Source of the DNA: Chiloscyllium plagiosum
Lineage: Eukaryota
NCBI RefSeq assembly: GCF_004010195.1
Contig: NC_057720.1
Coordinates: forward strand, 16,717,394-16,781,393
Length of the DNA: 64,000 bases
Direction: 5' to 3'
The first letter of the stretch is position 1; the number at the start of each line of letters is the position of its first letter. The notes under the pieces are model-generated. The model was not told where the DNA came from, did not search any database, and saw nothing but the letters and a program-made list of their open reading frames with translations. The translations under genes were made by a program, and so were the position numbers. Shown here piece after piece: positions 1-12,085 of this stretch.

Positions 1-138
1 CCCTCTTTATGGGCATTTAAGCGGGCATTGGATAGGCATATGGAGGGAAGTTGGCTAGTGTAGGTTAGGTGGGCTTGGATCGGCGCAACATCGAGGGCCA
101 AAGGGCCTGTACTGTGCTGTATTTTTCTATGTTCTTTC
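1..138 (+). mobile_element. 3' end of a CR1-like LINE
   Basis: Typical 3' UTR ...aagggcctgtactgtgctgt...ctatgttct. Confidence 0.65.
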
Positions 139-139
139 T

Positions 140-890
140 ATTTCTTATCAAAAATGCCACTCCCCCTCCTCTCGTGCCTCACTTTCCTTCCTGTAGCATT
201 TGTATTCTGGAACATTAAGCTGCCAGTCCTGCCCATCCCTGAGCCATGTTTCTGTAATTACTATGATATCCCAGTCCCATGTTCCTAACCATGCCCTGAG
301 TTCATCTGCCTGCCCTGTTAGCCTCTTGCAATGAAATAAATGCAGTTTAATTTATTAGTCCTACCTTGTCCCTGCCTGCCCTGACTGTTTGACTCATTTC
401 TGTTCTCAATACTACCAGTCTCAGATTGATCTCTTTCCTCACTATCTCCCTGGGTCCCACCCCCCACCTTACTAGTTTAAATCCTCCCAAGCAGTTCTCG
501 CAAATTTTCCTGCCAGTATATTAGTCCCCTTCCAATTCAGGTGCAATCCGTCCTTCTTGTACAGGTCACTTCTACCCCAGAAGAGATTCCAATGATCCAA
601 AAATGTGAATCTTTCTCCCATATACCAGTTCCTCAGTCATGCTTTTATCTGCTCTATCCTCTCATTCCTATCCTCACTAGCTCGTAGCACCGGGAATAAT
701 CCAGATATTACTACTCTTGAGGATCTCCTTTTTAAATTCCTGCCTAATTCTCTATATTCTCCCTTCAGAATCTCATCCTTTTCCCTTCCTATGTCATTGG
801 TCCCAATGTATACAATGACCACCTGCTGGTCCCTCTCCCCCTTGAGAACATTCTGCACCCTCTCTCTGACATCCTTGATTTCGGCACAAG
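140..890 (-). mobile_element. CR1-like LINE fragment: ORF1 SGNH-esterase end and ORF2 endonuclease start
   Basis: ORF 637..858 (VIVYIGTNDIG...RVVISGLFPV); RGGGVAFLI near 150. Confidence 0.8.
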
Positions 891-2032
891 GAAGGCAGAG
901 TGTGGGACTTCGTCTATATGGACTTCAGTAAGGCGTTTGACAAGGTTCCCCATGGGAGACTGGTTAGGTTAGATCTCATGGAATATAGGGAGAACTAGCC
1001 ATTTGGATACAGAACTGGTTCATAGGCAGAAGACATTTTTCAGACTAGAGGACTGTGACCAGTGGAGTGCCACAAGGATCTGTGCTGGGTCCACTACTTT
1101 TCATCATTTATATAAATGATTTGGATGAGAGCATAAGAGATATACTTAGTAAGCTTGCAGATGACACCAAATTTGGAGATGTCTTGGACATCGAAGAAGG
1201 TTACCTCAGATTATAACAGGGTCTTGATCAAATGGGCTAATGGGCTGAGAAGTGGCAGATGGAGTTTAATTTAGATAAATGTGAGGTGCTGCATTTTGGG
1301 AAAGCAAATCTTAGCAGGACTTATACACTGAATGGTAAGGTCCTAAAGAGACCTTGGAGTGCAGGTTCACAGTCCACTTGCGACTAGAAAGTGGAGTCGC
1401 AGGTAGATAGGATAGTGAAGAAGGCTTTTGGTATGCTTTCCTGTATTGGTCAGAGTACTGGGATCATGTTGCGGCTGTATGAGACATTGGTTAGGCCACT
1501 TTTGAAATGTTGCATGCAATTCTGGTCTCCTTCCTATTAGAGGGATGATGTGAAACTTGAAAGGGTTCAGAAAAGATTTACAAGGATGTTGCTAGGGTTG
1601 GAGGATTTGAGCTATAGCGAGAGATTGAATAGTTTTCCCTGGAGCGTCGGAGGCTGGGGGATGACCTTATAGAGATTTATACGATCATTGAGGGGCGTGG
1701 GTACAATAAATAGACAAAGTCTCTTCCTTGGGTGGGGAATCCAGAACTAGAGGGCATGGGTTTAGGGTGAGAGGGGAAAGATATAAAAGAGACCTAAGGG
1801 GCAACGTTTTCATTCAGAGGGTGGTATGTAGATGGAATGAGCTGCCAGAGGAAGTGGTGGAGGCTAGTACATTTGCAACATTTAAAAGGCATCTGGATGG
1901 GTAGATGAATAGGAAGGGTTTGGAGGGATATGGGCTGGGTGCTGGCAGGTGGGACTAGACTGGGTTGGGATATCTGATCGGCATGGACGAGTTATACCAA
2001 AGGGTCTGTTTCCAAGTTGTACATCTCTATGA
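891..2032 (+). mobile_element. CR1/HER1-like LINE, RT 3' part to 3' end
   Basis: [28 protein letters not shown] remnants; 3' UTR ending ctctatgac. Confidence 0.9.
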
Positions 2033-2034
2033 CC

Positions 2035-2555
2035 TCACACTTATCAGGGTTAAATTCCATCTGCCCCTCATCTGACCAAACTGTTTATGTTTTTCTGTAA
2101 CCTAAGACCTTCTTCCTCACTTTCAACAATCCAGCCATTCGTTGTGTCATTCACAAATGTAGTTATTATTCACCACCTAAATTTTTATCTCCCTTGTTTG
2201 AGCAATAAAGGACCCAGCACTGATCCCTGTGGTAGGCCACTGGACACCAGCTTCCAGTCTTCTATTACTACCCTCTGTTTCTTGCCACTAAGCTAATTCT
2301 GACTCCAACTTGCCAAATTACACTAGATCCCATATGCTTTGACAATTTTTGTCAGTCTCCCATGTGGAACCTTGCCAAAGGCCTTCCTGAAGTCCATATA
2401 AATTACATAAACCACTCTCGCCTTATCGACACACTTAGTCACCTCCTCAAAAAATTCAGCCAGCTTTGTTAGACATGACTTTCCTCTGACAAAGCTATGC
2501 TGACTATCCCTGATCAAATCTTCCCTCTCCAGATGGAGATAATTCCTTCAGAATT
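2035..2555 (-). mobile_element. Older CR1 RT fragment
   Basis: ORF 2323..2517 SQHSFVRGKSCLT...YMDFRKAFGKVPH. Confidence 0.8.
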
Positions 2556-3239
2556 TTTATTAGGCTTTGGGTTATTTGGAATCAAAAAGAAAATGAAAAC
2601 AACTTACTGGTAATCTTTCTCTCCTAGCATTGACATTAACAAGTTGATTCTACCAATTCTTCTCTCCTGGTAGTTACTTGGGATGACTAGTAGGTAGAAG
2701 ATTGAGAAACTGGCTGGCTTCCAGGGCCCAGGAAACTACAATCATTTGATTCTGTTTGGATGGTCAGGGAAGAATGGGAGGCTAGGGAGCAGGTACCTAA
2801 AATTGCTGCTGAAGGAAGAAATCCAAAGAATTCGGTGACAGACCACCAAGTTTTCCTTTTTTTTTCCAAATAGAACTAATGGAATTTGCAAATCCCAGTT
2901 TTTCCTGCCATTACATGATCCACTCCAGACAATTCTTTTTGTTTAATTTCATTTTGCACTAGCATGATGTGCTGCGGAGGTTTTTTCTTCTGTGATCAAC
3001 CGGTGATAGTCCCGGTAAACTGTCACTGAAAAAGCAAGACCACAAGAATTTAATACCTGTAATTGCATGAAGTTGGAACAGAAGGAAACAGAGTTTTGGT
3101 TATTTAATGTAGAGAGAGGATTCATGACATACCAAGTGGTAAGGCAGCTTGAACATAACATGAAATTGGAAGAAAGTGAACTGAATTGACAGTTGAGTAA
3201 CAGGGAATTGTCTGGGATGGGGATCTTGCATGAATAGCT

Positions 3240-3331
3240 GAAAATGTGTTGCTGGAAAAGCGCAGCAGGTCAGGCAGCATCCAAGTAACAGGAGAATCGA
3301 CGTTTCGGGCATAAGCCCTTCTTCAGGCTTA
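3240..3331 (-). mobile_element. Short Penelope-derived element (family A) with hammerhead core
   Basis: Minus strand CTGAAGA-A-GGGC-TTAT-GCCC-GAAACGTC; 13-bp direct repeat TGCATGAATAGCT at 3227-3239 and 3332-3344. Confidence 0.75.
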
Positions 3332-3355
3332 TGCATGAATAGCTAACTCATTATA

Positions 3356-3745
3356 GGGGAGGCGATGGCCAAGTGGTATTATTGCTCGACTATTAATCTA
3401 ACAAGTCAGCTATTGTTCTGGGGACCTGGGATGGAATCCCACTACAGCAGAATTCTGAATTCAATTCAAAAAAATATATTTGGAATTAAGAATCTACTAA
3501 TGGCCATGAAACCATTGCCAATTATCAGAATAGCCCAATGGGCTCACTAATGCCCTTCAAGGAAGGAAATCTGCCATCCTCGCTTGGTCTGACTGACATG
3601 TGACTCCAGACCCACAGCAATTTCGTTGACTCTCAACTGCCCTCTCAAACAGCTTAGTAAGCCACTCAGTTCAAGGGCAAGTATGGACAATCACTAAATG
3701 CTGGCCAGCCAGTGATGACCATGTTCCACTAGTGAATAAAGAAAA
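3356..3745 (+). mobile_element. Old tRNA-derived SINE with LINE-like tail
   Basis: A/B-box-like head; related copies at about 5520-5825 (-) and 37325-37475 (-). Confidence 0.6.
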
Positions 3746-6502
3746 CTCTGGAAGTTTCAACATAAATAATACTTTAACCAATCAAAATGCTGTTTCGCAA
3801 AGATTAGTGAAGCACTTCATAATGATTTGCAAATGTTAGTAATCAAGTTCAACTCATATTTTTGTGCTTTAACCTTCCCAATTATGAGCAAGAATAAAAA
3901 CTGGAACTTGGCATTGAATGTTACATGTTCCACCACTTGGTTTTCAGTATGGTTTATATTTCAGTATGTGCTCATATAAATCTAGATCAAAGGAATTAGC
4001 CTGCATTTATATTGGACCTTATTCCTCTTGGGGCTTTAAGTACATCACACAATGAAATTCAATTATGGTCATTTTGTAAATAAATATGTATATGATTGCC
4101 TTGCATAATTAACTCTGTGGTTATTGTGATAAAAAATGAATAAAGTCTTGCACCAGAATTGTGATTCACAAGGTGGAAATTAAAATGACATACAATGCAA
4201 TGGATTACTAGGAATTATGGATTAAAGACCTGGAACTCCCTTCCTTCAACACTGTCGCCACACTGACACATGATTAGACTGGAGTGCTTGATAAAGACAG
4301 CTTACGCTCACCTTAATCGAGGACATTAAGAGTTGAACAAGGAATGCTGCCCTTGCCAGTGATGGTGCCCCTATAAAAGAATACTAAAAGATGGACACTT
4401 CTACTTATTTCAAATAGTGTTTAACTAAGTCACAATAGCGATAAAAAGTTTAAATGAAAATAGGAAATGCTGGAAATATTCAACATGTCTGGTACCATTG
4501 GCACATTGAGAAAGCAAGTTTAGCATTACTATTTTTATTTCCAATTTTCAGCATCCTCAGAACTTTCTATAAAGTTGAATATTTGGTTTGTAGATTAAAC
4601 CATTTCTGTCTTGGTGGCAGGAACAAGTAGGAGGTAGGACTCAAAGGACGGCACCAAAATAGATCTGTGTCATGCTGGGAAGAGGAAAAAATAGCCAGAG
4701 TCAGAAATCATTTTGCAACAATCCTTGTGAGAAAACAATTCTGCGTGACAATTGGCTTATAGTAATACTGAACACATTCACAGCTGAATAGTGCCATCAA
4801 CACATACTATAAAGCTCAAACAAAAAATAGTTCCTTAGTCACAGTCACATGCCTGGAATATTTGGTGGAGACAGGTTCAGTTGAGAAATTAAGAGGACAT
4901 TGTATGGTTATTGGATAGTAATGGTGTCCAGGAATATATGGGAAAAGTCAGAGATTAGAACTAGATGGCCTCCTCTTACACAAAAAATATTCTGTGATTC
5001 CAGTAAATTAATTGTGGCCTTGAGCACATGTGAAAATGCACTGAGAAGCCAACCCTCTAAGATAAAAGAAAGAAGAAATTGGGCGAAGGAGAGAATACAT
5101 TTGTGGAAAAAAACGTTTTCTTGGTTCTTCATCATAGTACTGAAATGGCCCTGACCAAGTTCACAAATGACATCCAAGTAAAATGTAATAAATGACCCTT
5201 TCTTGTTCTTCTTGAACTGGCTGTCTCACAGTTGTTGGCATTTTGTCTTTAAGTCAGAAGGTTCTTGGTTTAAATCCCACTCCATGACTATGGTGCAAAA
5301 ATCGGAAGTGACATGCTATTGTAGTACAGAGGGAGTGTTCAGTGCTGAAACGCTTTCTTCCCTCACACGTAGTCATAAAAAATTGGAGGCAATTTATCTT
5401 CAGTACTGTGGTTAATATTTATGCTTAGACCATCAGCATAAAAAAGATCATACATTATCTAGCCATTTTTGGATTGTAAGGGTCACTTTAGCTCAGTTGG
5501 CTAGTTTGCAATACAGAACTTTCTTTAATTCAAACATGGGATGAGGGCATTGCTGGCAGCACTTATTGCCCATCCCTAGGGCAATTAAGACTCAACCACA
5601 TTCCTGTGAGTCTGGAATCACGTATAGGCCAGATCAGGTAAGGGTGGTAGTTTTCTTCCCCGAAGGGCATTAGATAGGACTTTCCTTCCCCACAATCGAC
5701 AATGGATTCATGGTCATCATTTGACTTATTTACAGATTTGTATTGAATTCAAATTCCATTATCTGTTGTCGTAGGATTCTGGATTAACAGTCCATTGAGA
5801 ATATCACTCGGCCATCTCCTCCCTCTATGGTATGAACAGCATGGGTTCAATACCCATTCCAGCAGCGGTTACCATGAACAGCCCTCCTTCTTCATTTCTC
5901 CCCTTCTATGTTCATACTTAGATGTCCTTGATGCAGCAGTGTCCTTTGGCATGCTTCAAAACTTCCACAACTAGAAGGGTGGCACAGTGGCTGAGGTAAA
6001 TCAATAACCCCAAAAATGAAATTTTGATATACATTTTCAGAAAATTGCCTTTGTGACTTCACCTTGAAGGAGCTGCCATCTGCATCAATTTGGTTTAATT
6101 AGTTTATTTAAAATAGTATAAAGAAAGAATCCAACGCTTGTGCAGCACAGTAGTATTGTCCCTAACTCTGAATCTTTAGGTTCCACATGTCCCGAAAGTG
6201 TGCCATGACATGTCTGAAAAGGTTGATTGAGATCACTTAGAAAATAAGCTGTTATTTATTTGGTAGTGCACTTGTTTATGATTCACACAGTTCTAGATTT
6301 AATTCCAACTCCAGTTATTGAACATAAAAACTAAGACTGAATTACTAGTCCATTATTTGAGAGAGTACTGCATATTAAAAATGTCATTTCGTGGAAAAGG
6401 CATTAAGTTCCATCATCTGAGAGGCTGCCACCTGTTAAATTTGTTCAATCTGGTTTGAATCAGTTTCATTATTTATTTTAAAATGGTATAAAAAGAGACT
6501 GA

Positions 6503-6620
6503 GGGGTCTTGTGGTGCAGTAGTAGTGTTTCTAGCTTTTACCCAACAGACCTGGGTTCAATTCCCACCTACTCCAGAGGTTGTAAAAAATTTCTGAACAG
6601 GTTGGTTAGAAAATATCTAT
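6503..6620 (+). mobile_element. Short tRNA-derived SINE
   Basis: GTGGTGCAGTAGTAG ... GGTTCAATTCCC boxes; related copies at about 6135-6245 and 36695-36810. Confidence 0.6.
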
Positions 6621-6789
6621 TAAGAGACATTGCTGGGACTCAGTCGGGAGTCGTTTTGTGTCATTCTGTATTCTGTGAATAAACTCACCACATAAAAAAG
6701 TATTCATGCCTAGTTTCATACTTCACCAACTGACTTGCGATTGCTATAATAATACTTGTGCATTAGTGTGTGCTGGATAAATACAGACC

Positions 6790-8293
6790 TTTAGTATGCT
6801 TTCCTTCATTGGTCAGAACATTGAGTATAGTAGTTGGGAGGTCATGTTGTGGCTGTACAGGACATTGGTTAGGCCACTTTTGGATTACTGCATGCAATTC
6901 TGGTCTCCCTCCTATAGGAAGGATGTTGTAAAAGTTGAAAGCATTCAGGAAAGATTTACAAAGATGTTGTGAGGGTTGGAGGGTTTGAGTTATAGGGAGA
7001 GGTTGAATAGGCTGGGGCTGTTTTCCCTGGGTCATCGGAGGCTGAGGGGTGACCTTATAGAGGCTTATAAAATCATGAAGGGCATGAATAAGGTAAATAG
7101 ACAGAGTCTTTTCTCCAGGATTGGGGAGACCAAAACCAGAGGGCATAGGTTTAGAGTGAGAGGGGAAAGATTTAAAAGGAACCTAAAGGGCACCTTTTAC
7201 ATGCAGAGAGTGGTGCATGTATGGAATAAGCTGCCAAAGGAAGTGGTGAAAGCTGGTACACTTACAATATTTAAAAGGCACCTGGATGGATATATGAATA
7301 GGATGGGTTGAGAGGGATATGGGCCAAGTGCTGGCAAATGGGACGAGATTAATTTAGGATTTATGGTTGGCATAGAGATGTACAGCACGGAAACATCTTT
7401 CGGTCCAACTTGTCAATGCTGACCAGATATCCCAACCTAATCTAGTCCCACTTGCCAGTGCCCAGCCCATATACTCTAAACCCTTCCTCTTCATATACCC
7501 ATCCAGATGCCTTTTAAATGTTGCAATTGTACTAGCCTCCACCACTTCCTCTGGCAGCTCATTCCATACATGTACCACTTTCTGTGTGAAAAAGTTGCCC
7601 CTAATGTCTCTTTTAAATCTTTCCCCTCTCACCCTAAACCTATGCCCTCTAGTTTTGGACTTTGTCACCCCAGGGAAAAGAATTTGTCTATTTGTCCTAT
7701 CCATGCCCTTCATGATTTTATAAACCTCTATAAGATCCCTCCTCAGCCTCCAATGCTCCAGTGAAAACAGCCCCAGCCTGTTCAACCTCTCCCTCTCACT
7801 CAAATCCTCCAACCCTGGCAACATTCTTGTAAATCTTTTCTGAACCCTTTCAAGTTTCACAACATCCTTCCGAGAGGAAGGAGACCAGAATTGTATGCAA
7901 TATTCCAACAGTGGTCTAACCAACATCCTGTACAACCGCAACATGACCTCCCAACTCCTATACTCAGTACTCTGACCAATAAAGGAAAGCATACCAAATG
8001 CCTTCTTCACAATCATATCAATCTGTGACTCTACTTTCAAGGAGCTACGAACCTGCATTCCAAGGTCTCTTTGTTCAGCAAAACTCCCTAGGACCTTACT
8101 ATTAAATGTATAAGTCCTGCTAAGATTTACTTTCCCAAAATGCAGCACCTCGCATTTATCTAAATTAAACTCCATCTGCCACTCCGCAGCCCATTGGCCC
8201 ATCTGATCAAGATCCCATTGTAATCTGAGGTCACCTTCTTCGCTGACTAGTTGGACCAAAGGATCTGTTTCCGTGGTGTATATCTCTATGACT
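6790..8293 (+). mobile_element. CR1 LINE 3' part, interrupted in its 3' UTR by an antisense copy
   Basis: ORF 6976..7311; 3' UTR resumes at about 8245 (gactagttggaccaaagg...ctctatgact). Confidence 0.85.
7371..8244 (-). mobile_element. CR1 LINE, 5'-truncated, with long open ORF2 C-terminus
   Basis: ORF 7354..8259 (WQMEFNLDKCEVLHFG...TRGHRFRV). Confidence 0.92.
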
Positions 8294-8316
8294 TTCTGAT
8301 TCTAACTAAACATTGG

Positions 8317-8705
8317 ATAAAGTTAAAAATCACACAACACCAGGCTATAGTCCAACAGGTTTATTTGGAAGTACTAGCTTTCAGAGCGCTACTCCTTTGT
8401 CAGGTAAATAGTGGGACAGGGTCATAAAACACAGAATTTATGCAAAAGATCACAGTATCATGCAATTAAAATTTATATTGAACAAAACAGCAATCTAGGT
8501 TTGTTCAATATATCGTTTTAATTGAATGACACTGATCTTTTGCTATAAATTCTATGTCTTAGGATCCTGCCTCACTAGTCAACTCATGAAGGAGCAGTGC
8601 TCTGAAAGCAAGTACTTCCAAATAAACCTATTGGACTATAACCTGTTATTGTGTGATTTTTAATCTTATCCACCCCAGTCCAACACCAGCACGTCCACAT
8701 AATGG
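8317..8705. mobile_element. Fold-back Penelope-derived element (family D), about 170-bp inverted arms, each with a hammerhead relic
   Basis: Arms about 8314-8486 and 8501-8672; TSD CTAAACATTGG at 8306-8316 and 8706-8716. Confidence 0.8.
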
Positions 8706-9513
8706 CTAAACATTGGGAAGACAGTAACTATTGGCTTTGGTTCCTTGCCACTGATCATCCTGCTCACAGGCAACTGTGGATGAACCAGACAGTTCACAAT
8801 CTTGGTGTCATGTTTAATTCTGAAATGAACTCCAACCGCATCATCTTTAAGATCATCTGTTTCCACCCCATAACATTGTCTGACTTTACCTGCAAATTGG
8901 TTTGTTTATTCCTGAAACCTTTGTTTCTTTCAACTTCATTCTGGCTGTTCTCCTTAGTTCAACCTTCTGCAAACTTAAATTATTCCAAACTCTGCTGCCT
9001 GTTTTCAAAATTACATTGAGTCTTGCTCACTGATTTCCCCTGTACTCACTTAACTGCCTTGGTTCCTACTTAAATTTTTAAATTCAAACATTCTCATCCT
9101 CGTTTTAAGTCCCTTTATGGCCTTGCTTCTCCTTATTTTTGAACCTCTTTCAACCTAACAGCTCTAAAATCTCTGTTCTCCTATAAATTAGCTTCCTGAA
9201 TCTATCCACTTTTAAGTATGTCACCATTGGTAGCTGTACCTTCAACTAGACCCTGAAGCTCTGGAATTCCCTCTAAAATGAATTGCTTCTTACCTCTCTT
9301 TCTTCCTTTTAATGTACTCCTAAAACCCACTTCCTTGATCAAGGTTTTGTCATTTCAAATTTTGTCATTTTTGCCCTAATCTCCTTCAGTGACTCAGAGT
9401 CAAATGTTTTATTGATCATGAATGTAAATTGTCCTGGGATGCTTACTGTTAAAATGCAATGTAAATGTAAGTTGCTGTTTCATTATACATTTTTAATTTT
9501 CTTTATTTTGTAG

Positions 9514-9561
9514 ATGCAACTGGAAGGAGTTCAGGAACATTGAGGGCAGTTACTGAAATTC
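9514..9561 (+). CDS. HFM1: HFM1/MER3 coding exon (DATGRSSGTLRAVTEIP)
   Basis: Polypyrimidine tract + TAG acceptor; translation resembles vertebrate HFM1 'GSLKAVTEIP'; followed by GTATCCTTT (U12 donor); phase fits next exon. Confidence 0.88.
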
Positions 9562-10118
9562 GTATCCTTTCAGTAATTGTGGACTCTATTCCTACTTTAA
9601 TAAGTTGAAAGTGATTAATTTTTCAAATTAGTTGTTTAAGTAACTCTGCCTCTGAGTTTAAATAAATGTAGGCTTAGCATTTTGTTCAAAGTTTTATTTC
9701 TTTCTGAAATGTGTAACAGCTGTAAGAAGACTGAATTACGTAATTATTGTAATGTGATGTGCTAATAAGATGAAAAAAATCACGTTAACCCATTCCAAAA
9801 ATTACATTAAAGGATTACAAATTGCTCTAGAGCAATCTTGATGACTCAAGCTGTGAGGAAAGCTATTCACCTCTAATTGTACTGAACTATACAATTTTCC
9901 TAGTTCTTGGAGAGGATATTACCACTAGATGGCAGGAGCTGCACATGTTATAACTTTATTTTAAATATGTTTATTGCTATTAAAAACTACCTATGTCGAA
10001 AATTTAATCAGAAAGCACACAACTTTCTATTTAGTTGTTAAATTTGTAACAGTATGTTAATTGCTAAGTAAAGAAATTGAAATGATTTTGGCTTAATCCT
10101 TAACCAGTTTTTATAAAG
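9562..10118 (+). other. HFM1: U12-type (minor spliceosome) GT-AG intron, 557 bp
   Basis: 5' site GTATCCTTT; branch point TCCTTAAC at 10097-10104, 14 nt from the intron end; no long polypyrimidine tract. Confidence 0.92.
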
Positions 10119-10189
10119 CTGTACAATTCAGGAACGTTTTCAAAGAATTTCCTTACTTCAACTACATACAATCAAAAGCATTAGATGAT
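10119..10189 (+). CDS. HFM1: HFM1 exon, Q-motif (VQFRNVFKEFPYFNYIQSKALDD)
   Basis: Near-identical to recalled HFM1 FRSIFKEFPYFNYIQSKAFDD; GTATGT donor. Confidence 0.95.
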
Positions 10190-11028
10190 GTATGTACTGT
10201 AATTGATAGTCTAATAATGGTGCCTTTCTTCAAATTAAAGGCTTGTTAGAAAACTTATGACTATATGTGGGAGAAGCAGAAAAGGAAGTGTAACTCTAAT
10301 AGCTAAATGAGTGTTGGACAGAATATTTTGCAGAATGTAACAACTCAGTAATAGCATTGCAAACATACATAATTTGAAAACAAGATTTCTGAGAAAAATA
10401 TAATTAATGTGAATTTAAAAAGTCATCCATTACAACACTCTGACAAATTAATCTTTTAACACCCCTTAAGCAGCTAACAAATTACTTAACTGCATAAATG
10501 ATGCAAAGTTTGCTAATAAAAAGCTGTAGAGTATGCAGTGATTGTGAGATATGGATTTAACAGTAATTTCAAACAGCAGACTTTAACACTACAGGCCTTG
10601 TAGTCACTAATTACTATCTGGAATCACTTTCAATGATTGAGGATGATTCTCAGCAAAGGAAACAATAAACATGATGGGAAGTCACAGATAGTCAAATAAA
10701 GGCTGTGCAGGGCATACATGGAGGTGAAACAAAGTAGTTGTTATTTATGGTCCCAAAAACATTGTACAGACGCTAAATATGAAGAAGGATGGAGCAAATA
10801 AAGTGGAAGAAGCCAAATAACAGAATTATGAGTATCAGATTATGCATGCTGACATAGAAAAGAAAATTAAATTCATGAGCCAAATTTTTAAAATAATTCA
10901 TTCTCTGTCTTTGAGTGTCACTAGCAAGGCTAGTATCTATTATCCATTTCTTGTTGCGCTCAAGAAGGTGATGCTGAACTGCCTACTTGAACTGCTTCAT
11001 TCCAAGTGGTGAATGCACTGCCACAGCT

Positions 11029-11320
11029 AGATTAGATTAGATTAGATTAGATTACTTACAGTGTGGAAACAGGCCCTTCGGCCCAACAAGTCCACACCGA
11101 CCCGCCGAAGCGCAACCCACCCATACCCCTACATTTACCCCTTTAACCTAACACTACGGGCAATTTAGCATGGCCAATTCACCTGACCCGCACATTTTTG
11201 GATTGTGGGAGGAAACCCACGCAGACACGGGGAGAATGTGCAAACTCCACACAGTCAGTCGCCTGAGTCGGGAATTGCGACTGACTGTGTGGAGTTTGCA
11301 CATTCTCCCCGTGTCTGCGT
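11029..11320 (-). mobile_element. HE1-type SINE, 5'-truncated, with terminal fold-back
   Basis: (TTAGA)n tail, SINE core, perfect 44-bp inverted repeat. Confidence 0.9.
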
Positions 11321-12085
11321 TGAAGGGCTGATTGAAGGGACTTTCAGGATTTTGACCCAACAATGATAAATAACCAGCAATAACTGTCCAAGCAGGACAA
11401 TGTGCGACTTTGGAAGGGAGCTTGAATATGGTGGCGTTCTTGTCCATTAGCTTCCCTTTTCCTGGAGAATAGATCATGTCTTGGAGAGATGCACAGTGCA
11501 TCCTGCAGAGATGCACACTGCAGCCATGGTGCACTGATAGTATATGTTTAAAGTGGCAGGTTAGCTGTAATGAAGTGGAATGATTGGTCCAGATGATGTT
11601 AAGATTTTTGAATTTTTGGTGCAGCTGCGTTCATCCAGGTAAGTGAAAGGAATTTCATCATGGTCCTGTCTTGTGCCTTGTAAGCAGTGTAGTAGCTGTG
11701 AGGTAAGCCACTTGCCAAAATACCTAACTTCTGAGTTGATGTGACATTTATGGAGTTGATCCAGTTGCGTTTTGATTAATCATAATCCCAGGATGTTGAT
11801 ATAAAAGCAGAAAATGCTGGAAATGTTTCACAGGTCTGGTTGCACATGCGGAGTAAGAACTGGAGTTAACATTTCAGAACTGTAACCTTCCATTGGAAAT
11901 CTGATAGTATTGTTTGATGATAGTGTTGCTGACTATTTCCATAATTTTGATGATGGAGGATAGACTATTGCATTGGTAAAGATACTTCACTAGACTGAGT
12001 TTGTCTTGCCTTTTGGGACCATTTTCCACATTGTCAGTTTTGTATTTGTGCTGGAACAGCATGGTAAGGACGCAACCAGTTCAAA

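Noticed and set aside
5922..5995. AG...GT-bounded open stretch as a possible upstream HFM1 exon
   Set aside because: Open frame ends in phase 2 but the next exon needs phase 1; no recognisable HFM1 similarity
7354..8259. 301-aa ORF as a host gene
   Set aside because: It is the ORF2 C-terminus of a truncated CR1
8317..8705. MITE or DNA transposon interpretation of the fold-back elements
   Set aside because: Unequal arms, variable 10-16 bp TSDs and single-arm copies of the same families fit retrotransposition better
11029..11055. (TTAGA)n as telomeric or CRISPR-like repeat
   Set aside because: It is the SINE 3' tail; no spacers
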